Assembly (NCBI RefSeq): GCF_004010195.1
Contig: NC_057732.1
Location: 51,813,527 to 51,877,526 of the forward strand
Length of the DNA stretch: 64,000 bases
Direction: 5' to 3'
Source of the DNA: Chiloscyllium plagiosum
Lineage: Eukaryota
The position numbers and the translations under genes are program-made. The number at the start of each line of letters is the position of its first letter. Position 1 is the first letter of the stretch. This document shows, one piece after another, positions 1 through 9,840 of the stretch. A model generated the notes under the pieces. That model was not told the origin of the DNA, did no database searches, and worked only from the letters and a program-made list of their open reading frames with translations.

Positions 1-440
1 TCCCTGTCTGGGTGAGTAATTATAGGACATCCCTGTCTGCGTGAGTATTATGGGCCCTTCCCTGCCTGGGTGAGTATTTATTGGCCATCCCTGTCTGGGT
101 GAGTATTTATTGGGACATCCCTGTCTGGGTGAGTATTTATAGGCCATCCCTGTCTGGGTGAGTATTTATCCGGCCATCCCTGTCTGGGTGAGTATTTATG
201 TGGCCCTCCCTGTCTGGGTGAATAATTATAGGACATCCCTGTCTGAGTGAGTATTTATGTGGCCATCCCTTTCTGGGTGAGTATTTATGGCGCTATCCCT
301 GACTGGGTGAGTATTTATGTGGCCCTCCCTGTCTGGGTGAGTAATTATAGGACATCCCTGTCTGGGTGAGTAATTATAGGACATCCCTGTCTGGGTGAGC
401 ATTTATTGACCATCCCTGTCTGGGTAAGTATTAATCGACC
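1..440. repeat. Minisatellite, about 29-30 bp unit (CCCTGTCTGGGTGAGTATTTATAGGCCAT-like), about 14-15 copies, truncated by the window start; lies in a CCDC3 intron
   Basis: Tandem periodicity of ccctgtctgggtgagta is directly visible. Confidence 0.95.
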
Positions 441-976
441 ATCTCTGAATACCCTGGAGAACGTGCTGTTTCACGTAAGGTAGTCCTGAGTAACCCACAG
501 TGCTGTCAGGGTGGGAGCTCCAGGATTTCATTGAATTGTACAGCACAGAAGAGGCCCTTCGACCCATCGAGTCTGCACTCTAAATCTACCATGGGTCCAC
601 TTTCCAACACTTGGCTCACAGCCTTGAATGCGATGACATTTGAAGTGTTCATCCAAGAATATTTCCAAAGGCTGAGGTCCTGCCTTTCTCTTCAAAATTA
701 TGCCCCTTGTTACTGACTCATCAACCAAGGGAATAGTTGCTTTCTGTCCACCTCGGCCATGCCCCTCACAATCATACACACCTCCTTCAGACCACCCTCA
801 ACCTTCACTGCTCCAAAGTAAATAACCTGAACTTATCCAGCACATAGCTATTTTCCACAAACTCTCTGATTTTATTAAAGTATGATTGTTATGACATCTC
901 AATAATACCCTGTTCATTACTTTTCAATTGATAACTGGTGCCCACTCTTCACAGGGAATGAAAATTAAATATTTGA

Positions 977-1570
977 TGTTGTGGTTCTGTTCACCGAGCT
1001 GGAATTTTTTTGCTGCAAATGTTTCGTCCCCTATCTAGGTGACATCCTCATGCTTGGGAGCCTCCTGTGAAGCGCTTCTGTGGTGTTTCCTCCGGCATTT
1101 ATAGTGGCCTGTCACTGCAGCTTCCGGTTGTCCGTTTCAGCTGTCCGCTGTAATGGAGCATTTCAGAACTGACAGCCAGACTACTGCGACCACTAGGACT
1201 TATAACAGCACACAAACCAACTGCCACCCTCAGACAACAACTCACCAGAATGAAGGACCCGATACCCAGCATGAGCAAAACTAATGTAGTGTACAAAATC
1301 CCATGCAAGGACTGCACAAAACACTACATAGGACAAACAGGAAGACAGCTAACGATCCACATCCACGAACATCAACTAGCCACGAAACAACACAACCAGC
1401 TATCCTTAGTAGCCACACACACAGACCGGAGGAAACACCACAGAAGCGCTTCACAGGAGGCTCCCAAGCACTGAGGATGTCACCTAGACAGGGGACGAAA
1501 CGTTTGCAACAAAAACTTCCAGCTCGGCGAACAGAACCACAACAACGAGCACCCGGGCTACAAATCTTCA
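977..1570 (+). mobile_element. Penelope-like element fragment: GIY-YIG endonuclease remnant between inverted pseudo-LTRs
   Basis: ORF 1250-1474 reads NVVYKIPCKDC..HYIGQTGR..IHEH; 977-1095 is the reverse complement of about 1426-1543. Confidence 0.85.
1468..1507 (+). ncRNA. Minimal hammerhead ribozyme motif in the PLE pseudo-LTR
   Basis: gca-CTGAGGA-t-gtcacct/agac/aggggac-GAAA-CGTT-tgc: core boxes, stem II, 3-bp stem I and GUU triplet. Confidence 0.6.
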
Positions 1571-1882
1571 CCCAAACATTAAATATTTGAGCTTAATTGT
1601 TATGACACTAGATGCCCCTCCTGAATTCCAATCCGTCGTGACAAGTTGGGAAAGAGAATTCTCTAAGTTTACTTATGAGGGCCAAACATTTAAAAGTCAC
1701 TTGGAAACCCACGGGGTTACCTCAAAAACCGAGTGGTTCATTAACATTCTTCAGGAAAGGGAGCTGTGTCTGAACCAGGTCTTGAGTATACAGTCACAAA
1801 TGGCTGCCTTCACTTAGACATGGTCAAGTCTTAATGGTCTGAAAGCAAGCCAGGAAGAACTATAGGAATAACTATGTGTTAT

Positions 1883-2149
1883 AAGTTAAAAAAATCACAA
1901 CACCAGATTATAGTCCAACAGGTTTATTTGGAAGCACTAGCTTTCAGAGCGCTGCTCTTTCATCAGGTAGCTGTGAAGCAGGATCATATAGCTATAAATT
2001 CTGTGTCTTATGATCCTGCTTCACAGCTACCTGATGAAAGAGCAGTGCTCCGAAAGCTAGTGCTTCCAAATAAACCTGTTGGACTATAATCTGGTGTTGT
2101 GATTTTTAACTTTGTCCAACCCAGTCCAACATCAGCTCCTCTACATGAT
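1883..2149 (+). mobile_element. Non-autonomous hairpin PLE derivative (arms of about 105 bp, 20-nt loop, 3' tail) with CTGATGA...GAAA core
   Basis: 1883-1988 is the reverse complement of 2009-2112; CTGATGA at 2031 and GAAA at 2052; same family as 43096 and 45985. Confidence 0.75.
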
Positions 2150-2421
2150 CAAACAGGAGTGTGACAAAGTGGGCAGAAGTGAATGAAGTTTAGGATGTAA
2201 TTTGAGTGTGACGATCCACCAATGTAAACCAAAATATTTCAGCATTGCTTTTGGTAGTTGACGCTGTCATCCAAAGATCATTAATGGAATTGAAGTTGGG
2301 AATGTTTTCCTTGGAGAAGGCAGAGAGGACATCTGATATCGAAGCATTGGGAGGGGTTGACAGGAGAGTAACCTCAACTGGTGCAGAGATTGAATCCAAA
2401 TTGTTGGCATCACTCTGCATT

Positions 2422-2478
2422 GCAAACCAGCCAGGCAAACCAGCCAGGCAAACCAGCCAGGCAAACCAGCCAGGCAAA
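2422..2478. repeat. Perfect 13-bp tandem repeat (GCAAACCAGCCAG)x4 abutting a PLE-tail insertion (about 2474-2590)
   Basis: Directly visible. Confidence 0.9.
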
Positions 2479-2729
2479 AGTGAGGACTGCAGATGCTGGA
2501 AACCAGAGTTTAGATTAGAGTGGTGCTGGAAAAGCACAGCAGGTCAGGCAGCATCTGAGGAGCATGAAAATCGACGTTTCAGGCAAAAGCTGTCCTGCCA
2601 ACTGAGCTAACTGATCCCCTGGGTTAAATGAAACAGTGGTTTTAAATAGTGTTTACAGCAAGATAACATTACAATGTTTCATTCAGAAAAACTGGGGAGT
2701 AAATCAGGAACACAATATTTAGAGAAATG

Positions 2730-3410
2730 TAGATACAAAATAGTCTGAGGCTTGGAATGCAGACAGTAGGTGAGTGGTTTTCAGACTGGAGAGAGTTGTG
2801 TAATGTAGTTCCCCAGAGCTTAGTATTAAGACTGCTCGGAGTTACTATTTTGGATCTACATTAAGTGCCCTGGACTTCCCTACACAGGCAGGATTGCAAA
2901 GTTTAAAAAGGTACAAAACTTCCAAAACCTAACTGACAGAAGATAATGAGAGATTTCAGGAGGACTAAATTGGTGAAATGAGCAGACATGTGGTGGATGT
3001 ATTTTAACACAAAAAGTGTGAACTGAGGTAATGCATTTTCATTCTAAGAATGAAGATAGGAAATATAAAGTAAGGGGCACAGTTTCAAAGGAGGGAGCAG
3101 GAACTAGGACAGCGGGGATGGACGTACACAGGTCTTTTGACTGCAGCTGGACAAATAGAGAAGCCTGTTTAAAATAAAGATACAGAATGCTGATCACTGT
3201 TCGAAGTCATGGATGGTTTGAGCAGTGTAAACAGGACAAACTGTTCCCAGTGGCTGGCGAGGACAGAGGTTTAAAACAATTGGCAAAAAAACCAGAGGGA
3301 CAGTAGAGGGGAAATAATTTAAGCAGCAAATTGTTGTGATCAGGGATGTGCTGCCTGAGAGGGTAGTGAAAATAGATTCAATAAGAACAATTGGTGACAC
3401 ACTTAGAGTA
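2730..3410 (+). mobile_element. Old degenerate CR1-type LINE fragment
   Basis: Degraded similarity to the CR1 RT and 3' region of the younger copy at 52.4-54.3 kb. Confidence 0.5.
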
Positions 3411-4127
3411 AGGAACAGTAAAACCTCTAGAGCTAGGAGGAAAGAGCGGGGATGAGTCTCACCACGGAACTAGCAGAAGCAGAATGTGCTAGTTGGCCTC
3501 TGTCTGGCCTGTGTCAATTAAAAATCTCTCCTAAAGGACGAACCACTACCGTCCGGGGCGTAGCTTGGCTCAATTACACAGACTAAGTGAATTAGACCTT
3601 CGATGGGGATTGAGAATAAAGAAAAACTGCAAATAGATAGAGCAGACTTGATGGGCTGAATGGCCTATTTTTATTGGAAAATATCTTCTTCTGGAACAAC
3701 CTGCTTACACACCTCTGGAGCAGGTGGGAATCAAACGTGGGTCTCCTGGTTCAGAGATAGGGTCACTACCACTGTGCCACAAGAGCTCTCCCAGTTCAGA
3801 GGAAAGACAGAGACTCGTGTTCCCTTCACCTGAACTGTATCCCGCAAGGTGAGAAAACTGTTTAAATATAAATGAGCAAAAGTAGTGAATTTCACACAAT
3901 CACAATCTGAACATCTAAAACAGAAATTAGCAATTTGCATCTTTGTTACAACAACTCAAGTTTGTTTATAATAATCAATATTGACACTAAATCAGAATTT
4001 CCAACCAAATAAAAAGGAGAAAGAGTTTCTTTAGCCGCACCATCTTAAGTAGAAACCAAAAACCCAATTTCAGACCAGCAATCAGTGTGTCTGGTGGTCA
4101 CTCGCCCTGTGTTCGGGTGTCTTTTAC

Positions 4128-4486
4128 CTGAGGAAGATGAAGTAGCTGTTGTTCTCAATGACCGTGTGGGACTGGCAGGAGAAGTAGCCCAGGCCGGTGA
4201 GGTTGAGACGGGATCCTCCAGGTACTTCCAACATGCTGCCCCACGCTTGGTCACACAACATTTCAATCTCTGCCGAGTAGAACAAACTGGTCTCATACTG
4301 CCACGGGAGGTAGTTATACACACTGTACATGTCCTGATGGATAGCCAGAACCCGGGCATAGACTATAATCTCAGCCAGTTCAGCCCTGCAGCCTTCACTC
4401 ATGGGTCTCCAGTCAGTGGGAAACTGGCATGTTGAAACCGGGCTATAACCTGTGGCAATTAGGATTATCACAGGTATAAAGACCAT
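4128..4486 (-). CDS. CCDC3: Coiled-coil domain-containing protein 3 (Favine), first coding exon: signal peptide and N-terminal domain; gene continues left of the window
   Basis: CQFPTDWRPMSEGCRAELAEIIVYARVLA...LCDQAWGSMLEVPGGSRLNLTGLGYFSCQSHTV...YFIFLR closely matches recalled mammalian CCDC3; phase-2 donor AG|GTAAAA at 4127; acceptor-like TTCCCTCACCAG just before the ATG; CCDC3-OPTN synteny as in human. Confidence 0.95.
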
Positions 4487-4712
4487 GCTGGTGAGGGAAT
4501 TGGAACGTTTTTGCCTTGCAGTGAAAGCTTCTTTTTCTTCCCCTCACCCCCACTCTCCTTTACTTTTGAGCTTGCTCTCAAACTTTCCTGCCCCCCAGGG
4601 TGAGAAACTGAAATGCCACAGAATCAGTCGGCCAAGAGGAAGTGACTCTGAAACTCAGCACAGCTGTCAACATTCTCCACTGCCGGCTTCCAGTGTGAAA
4701 GATTCACTGCTG

Positions 4713-4928
4713 GGGGAAAGGAGAATGTGAATGGAGCTTATGCTTCAGACTTTAGAGCACAAAGGGGGGGGGGGGGGGGAAGAGAGAGAGAGAGAGCCAA
4801 TTGTGTCTCAATCAGCCAGAACCAATCAGCGTTCTTGTGGTGGATGAGAACTAATCACAGCACTGTACTGTGAGCGAACCAATCGGGTGTGCTGTCAGAA
4901 TTGTTAACCCTTTCCCCCTTCAAATCCC
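4713..4928. promoter_or_regulatory. CCAAT-rich promoter-like module upstream of CCDC3, copy 1, with a poly-G/GA tract
   Basis: gccaatt, accaatcag, ctaatca and accaatcgg within about 90 bp; homologous to 7181-7450. Confidence 0.55.
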
Positions 4929-5231
4929 TCCCCTCCAGCCTCAGCAACTTTGCAGCTCATTTAAAAAAAAGTGTACCTGGCTGTCTTGAGAGAACACTGA
5001 TAACATCAGGAGTGATGTGGACACAGCACAATCCAATTTGTTTTCAAATTGGCTCAGAGATTTAAAAGGGAAATGTGAAAGACTGACCTGCTCTGTTGCA
5101 AACTCGCTTACCCAGCCCAAGAGAAGAGACAAACTGTTTCTTAACCTGTGGGAAACAAAACAGTAATACTTGGGAATGAAGGTATTGTTGGAGTGTTCAA
5201 GCCCCAGATGTAGAAGCTGAGCTTTAGTGCT

Positions 5232-5302
5232 GTTGGGTTAGCTCAGTTGGTTAGCATAAGGTACTAATAATACAAGGGTTGTCAATTCAATCCTAATGCT
5301 GT
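5232..5302 (+). pseudogene. tRNA-Ile(AAT) pseudogene
   Basis: ggttagctcagttggttag...ctAATaa...ttcaatcc aligns to vertebrate tRNA-Ile-AAT; anticodon at 5266-5268; stems broken and CpGs decayed. Confidence 0.65.
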
Positions 5303-5372
5303 TGGTTTATAAAACAAAGAATTGTGGATGCTGGACATCTTGTGTGTGGGGAGGGTTAGAGACAGGAATTAT

Positions 5373-5690
5373 GGGTGGCACAGTGGCTCAGCAGTTAGCA
5401 CTGCTACCTCATAACACCAGCGTCCTAGGTTCGATTCTAGCCTCAGGTGACTGACTGTGTGGAGTTTGCACATTCTCCCCGTGTCTGCGTGGGTTTCCTC
5501 CGGGTGCTCCGGTTTCCTCCCACAGTCTAAAGATGTGCAGGTCAGGTGAATTGGCCATGTTAAATTGCCCATAGTGTTAACTGCATTAGTCAGAGGGAAA
5601 TGGGTCTGGGTGGGTTACTCTTCAGAGGGTCGGTGTGGACTTGTTGGGCTGAAGGGCCTGTTTCCACAGTCGGGAATCTAATCTAATCTA
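5373..5690 (+). mobile_element. HE1-type V-SINE
   Basis: tRNA-derived A/B boxes (tggctcagc, ggttcgattc), V-domain ctgtgtggagtttgcacattctccccgtgtctgcgtgggtttcc, (TCTAA)n tail. Confidence 0.9.
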
Positions 5691-6060
5691 CTTGTGATGG
5701 TCTAGCCGTGTCTGAGGAAGGGTCACTGGATTCCAAACATTAACTCTGTTTTCTCTCCAATGTTCCTGATTTCTCTGCTTTCTTAATTCTGGGCTCTTGT
5801 AGCACACTGATAACATTCCTGAGCTCTGAGCGAGGAGGCCGGGTTCAAGCCCTACCTACTCCAGCACTGCCGGAGAACATCCCTTTGATGGTTCATTAGA
5901 AAACACTTACATGGTAAGCTGGACCGGTAATATCTCAGTGACCAGTCTTTCTGGTCATTCCTTCTGATGGATTAAAATGCCACTCCACTCATTCCTTAAA
6001 AACCAACATGACTTTACAATCCAGCTTTAAGTCTCATGAAGCTAAGCAAAAGTGGTTCAT

Positions 6061-6355
6061 AGAAACCCTACAGTGTGGAAACAGACCATTTGGCCCAACA
6101 AGTCCACACCAACCCTCTGAAGAGTAACACACCCAGACCCATTCCCCTACTAGTACACCCAACCTACACATCCCTGAACACTATGTGCCATTTAGCATGG
6201 CCAATTCACCTAATCTGCACATCTTTGGATTGTGTGAGGAAACCTACACAGACTCGGGGAGAATGTGCAAACGCCACACAGACAGTCGCCCGAGGCTGGA
6301 ATCGAACCTGGGTCCATGAGGCAACAGCGCTAATCACTGAGCCACCGTGCCATCC
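6061..6355 (-). mobile_element. HE1-type V-SINE
   Basis: Reverse complement of the same family. Confidence 0.85.
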
Positions 6356-6519
6356 ATTGTTGTAGAGACAGAAAGTGCTTGTTTCACAGCCACTGTAAAG
6401 CATCGTAATGTTTACAGATCTTACATTAATTTAGCTATAATTGTATCATTTGTTGACTTGATGTAAAGTCTGATCAAGATTAATTCAACAGCTTGGATTT
6501 ACGCAATTTCTTTATTTTA

Positions 6520-6910
6520 CTCAAATGCACTTTACAGGAACATTAAAAGGTTAAATGTGACACCAAACCACAAAATGAGATGATTGGTCTATGACCAAAG
6601 AGGCAGGTTAAAGGAGTGTTATCATAGAGTATAGCAAGATATCGAGACAGTGAGGTGAAGCAAGGAACTTCATGACCTTAGAGTGCAGGCAAATGTATGC
6701 CCAGCCTCCAAAGGTCGGGGAATGTACAAGAGGCTAGAACTGATGCAATGCTGATATCTCAAAAGGTTGTGGGGCTGGAGGAAGTTACAAAGCTGAGACA
6801 GGGGTAAGGCCACAGGGGGATTTGAAAATGACAGTGGGTATTTTAAATTTAAGGTGCTTGTTCTAAGGGGCCAATCCCAATTGGTGAGCACAGGCATGAA
6901 CTGGATTCCG
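6520..6910 (-). mobile_element. Old L2-like LINE 3' fragment
   Basis: Degenerate sequence resembling an L2 3' end; recalled similarity only. Confidence 0.35.
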
Positions 6911-7180
6911 AGGAGTGTGTAAGAAGAAAACTTAAGGGCCATTATTTTTCCAACAAAATCTACGCCTTCAATCAGGCATGGAAAGCTTCCAAAATTAATT
7001 TATATCATCCAGCAGGAGGTTGATTTTAAACCGACTGATTCATTTCATCTCCAAATTATACTCCTGTTACCAAAATGGAACATGTCAAACATGTGGCTGA
7101 TTGGTGCCAAATCACTCTCAGAGAACATACAAAGAATATAAATGATAGTGTCTTGAAAGTGAAATAAGTGAATAACACAT

Positions 7181-7280
7181 GGGAAAAGGAAAATTTGAAT
7201 GGAGTTGATGTTTCAGACTTTGGAGCACAGAGAGAGAGAGGGAGAGAGAGAGAGAGAGATCGCACGAGAGAGAGAGCGCG

Positions 7281-7317
<37 letters not shown>

Positions 7318-7450
7318 CAGAGCCAATTGTGTCTTAATCAGTCAGAACCAATCAGCATTCCTGTGGTGAATGAGAACTAATCACAGCACTGTACGTGAGC
7401 GAACCAATCAGTTCGCCGTCAGAATTGTTAATCGTTTCCCCCTTCAAGTT
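7181..7450. promoter_or_regulatory. CCAAT-rich module, copy 2, containing a (GA)n microsatellite at about 7229-7322
   Basis: Direct repeat of 4713-4928. Confidence 0.55.
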
Positions 7451-7469
7451 TCTCTTGCAAGTTTCCCTC

Positions 7470-7690
7470 CAAACCACTTACCATCCTAACTTGGAAATAT
7501 ATCGCCGTTCCTTCAGTGTCACTGAGTCAATATCATGGAACTCCCTCCCTAAGGGCATTGTGGGTCTACCTACAGCACACAGACTGCAGTTGTTCAAGAA
7601 GGCAGCTCACCCCCACCTTCTCATGGGGCATCTAGGGACGGGTAATAAATGTTGGGCCAGCCAGTAACGCCTGTGTCCTTCGAGGGATGT
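7470..7690 (+). mobile_element. 3' end of SacSINE1-like SINE or its partner LINE
   Basis: ttcaagaaggcagctcacc...caccttctca...taataaatgttgg tail shared with other copies in the window. Confidence 0.55.
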
Positions 7691-7934
7691 TTTTTCAGGA
7701 AGTATTTTAAAACCTAACTCCAAAAGCTAGGGCAAAGCTCTAGTTCCCAAAATGATTCTGTACGTTAAGAAATGGTCTCTGCATTTGGAATGTTCAGTGT
7801 GTGTGCATGTAAACTGGCATTCCTCCCCCCTCAGAATTTTCAACCAATTTATACTGGATCAATCTGACAGACGGAGATGAAATGGACTAGAGATAACAAC
7901 AAACAAACTGTTGAAAAACTTGTGGATCTGCTGA

Positions 7935-8241
7935 TGTAGTGATTGTGATGAGGTCAGCCAGGCGGACCTCATAGAGTAGGAGGTCCCTGATTGGGGCTGT
8001 TAACCTGGTCCAGTCAGGGAGCCCTGGCTGACAGGTAGAAACAGGACAAAAGTGAGGACTGCAGATGCTGGAAATCGGAGTCTGGATTAGAGGATCTAGA
8101 GGTAGAAACAGGAGGTTATATCAGAGATTCTGCTCACTCTGAGATCTGGCTCTCAAGGAGCCAGACCAGTGTCAAGGACTCTCCATGCGGAAAGAAAGGG
8201 TTACTTGGTGACGGTATACCGGCCTCTGTGGAGACACTTCA
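7935..8241. mobile_element. Probable solo LTR (TG...CA) with a 53-bp PLE-tail insertion at 8047-8099
   Basis: TGTAG...TTCA ends; internal insertion flanked by 14-bp TSD AGGTAGAAACAGGA (8033-8046 and 8100-8113). Confidence 0.5.
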
Positions 8242-8729
8242 TGCTGCACTTTGCTAAGTAAGGTCAGTTGGAATTATAACTGAATATGGCAATGCAGTCT
8301 CTGAGGGTCAAGCTGCTCAGCCACTGACCGTTCTCAACTCCTGAAGTTGCCCTTTTTTACATTGATGCCTCTCATTCGTGTCTTGAGAATAACAATTTGT
8401 AAGTTACTGTTGAAATTTAAAAGGTTGTATAATGTAGCAGGTGAGTATTTTCTTCAATTTTGGGACCTTGGAATTAATGGTCTAAGAGCTCCATCTAGTG
8501 GAGAAGACATAGAGACAAGACTTAAAGCGAGATTCTCCCCAGGGAGTGGGGTGAAAGAGGAAATACACACATGCCATTTGACCCTGCAGCTGTTTAAGTG
8601 TCAAGGGGGGTTGGGGGATAGGCAGAGAGCAGGCAGCCAACTGGAGTTAATAAAATCCCCATCTTCAAACCCAGGGGCAGTGAGTATAAGGTCCAGGCCC
8701 TATGTGTAACAAATCCTGCGTTGTAGTCG

Positions 8730-8935
8730 AGAGTGTGGTGCTGGAAAAGCACAGCAGGTCGGGCAGCATCCAGGAGCAAGAGAGTTGACGTTTCAGGAAT
8801 AAGCCCTTCACCATTCCTCTTGAAGGGCTTAGCCCAAAATGTTGACTCTCCTGCTCCTCGGATGCTGCCCGACCTGCTGTGCATCACATTCTCGACTCTG
8901 ATCTCCAGCATCTGCAGTGCTCGCTTTCTCCTAGT
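8730..8935 (+). mobile_element. Hairpin PLE derivative
   Basis: Inverted arms (cagcaggtcgggcagcatcc / ggatgctgcccgacctgctg) with degenerate hammerhead cores. Confidence 0.7.
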
Positions 8936-9309
8936 TGATTAAAACCCACAAGGTAGAAAAGATTCATGGATGAAGAAGGCTATTCAGCCCATCCGATTCA
9001 TCCCTACAGAAGTGGTTTACAGTCTCTTCAATGCTCCAGCTGTTTCTTCATCTTGTGTTAGCTGCACACATTCATGTTTTTCTCCCTTTTATGAAATAGT
9101 GGGGATGCGTTAGCAGGTTTCCAGCATCCAGAGTTTTTCGGTCTCTTTCATAACCTGTGGAACTGCATCATGAACACTCCATACATGATCGATAGGTTCT
9201 AGATTAGAAGATGGCACAGCAATTCCCCCTCTCCCGCAGTGTGTCAGCAGGTTTGGAATGAGTCATAATATGGTGCAGGAAGTAAATCTGTGCAACGTCA
9301 AGCATCAGT

Positions 9310-9520
9310 CAATGGATGTGAAGCTGGAAACGCACAACAGGTCAGACTGCATCTGAGGGGGTCAACGTTTCATGCCAAAACCCTCATCATTCCTGATGAC
9401 GGGTTTCGGCCCGAAACCCTGACTTTCCTGCTCCTCGGATGCTATCTGACCTGCTGTGCTTTTCCAGATTCGCATCCATGACTATGGCTTCCAGCACCTG
9501 CAATTCTCACTGTCTCCCAC
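9310..9520 (+). mobile_element. Hairpin PLE derivative with CTGATGA-cgggtttcggccc-GAAA core
   Basis: Same family termini; core at about 9394-9417. Confidence 0.65.
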
Positions 9521-9840
9521 TCAGACATGCGTCTCTCATTAGGAGGTGGACCCATCCTCTGGAGCTGTTACCTACCTAATTGGGGAGATGATGGTATAGT
9601 GGTAGTATTCTGAGATTAATCCTCCATTAGGCCTAAGCTGCCTCTCTGGAGGCATGGGTTCAAATCCCACCAGGGTAGCTAATGGAATTATTCCAACAAT
9701 GGTAACTATCACCAAATTTTTTATTCATCTGTGGGACTTGGGGGTCACTGGCTGGCCAGCATTGATAGCCCATCCCTACTTGCCCCTTGAGAAGGTGGGG
9801 GTGAACAGCCTTCTTGAATCGCTGCAGTCCACCTGGTTCG

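Noticed and set aside
1-440. CRISPR-like array
   Set aside because: Units are contiguous with no unique spacers, the context is eukaryotic and there are no cas genes; it is a minisatellite
5232-5302. Functional tRNA-Ile gene
   Set aside because: Acceptor and T stems do not pair, the D arm is altered and CpGs have decayed
7168-7380. RE-rich ORF
   Set aside because: Translation of a (GA)n microsatellite
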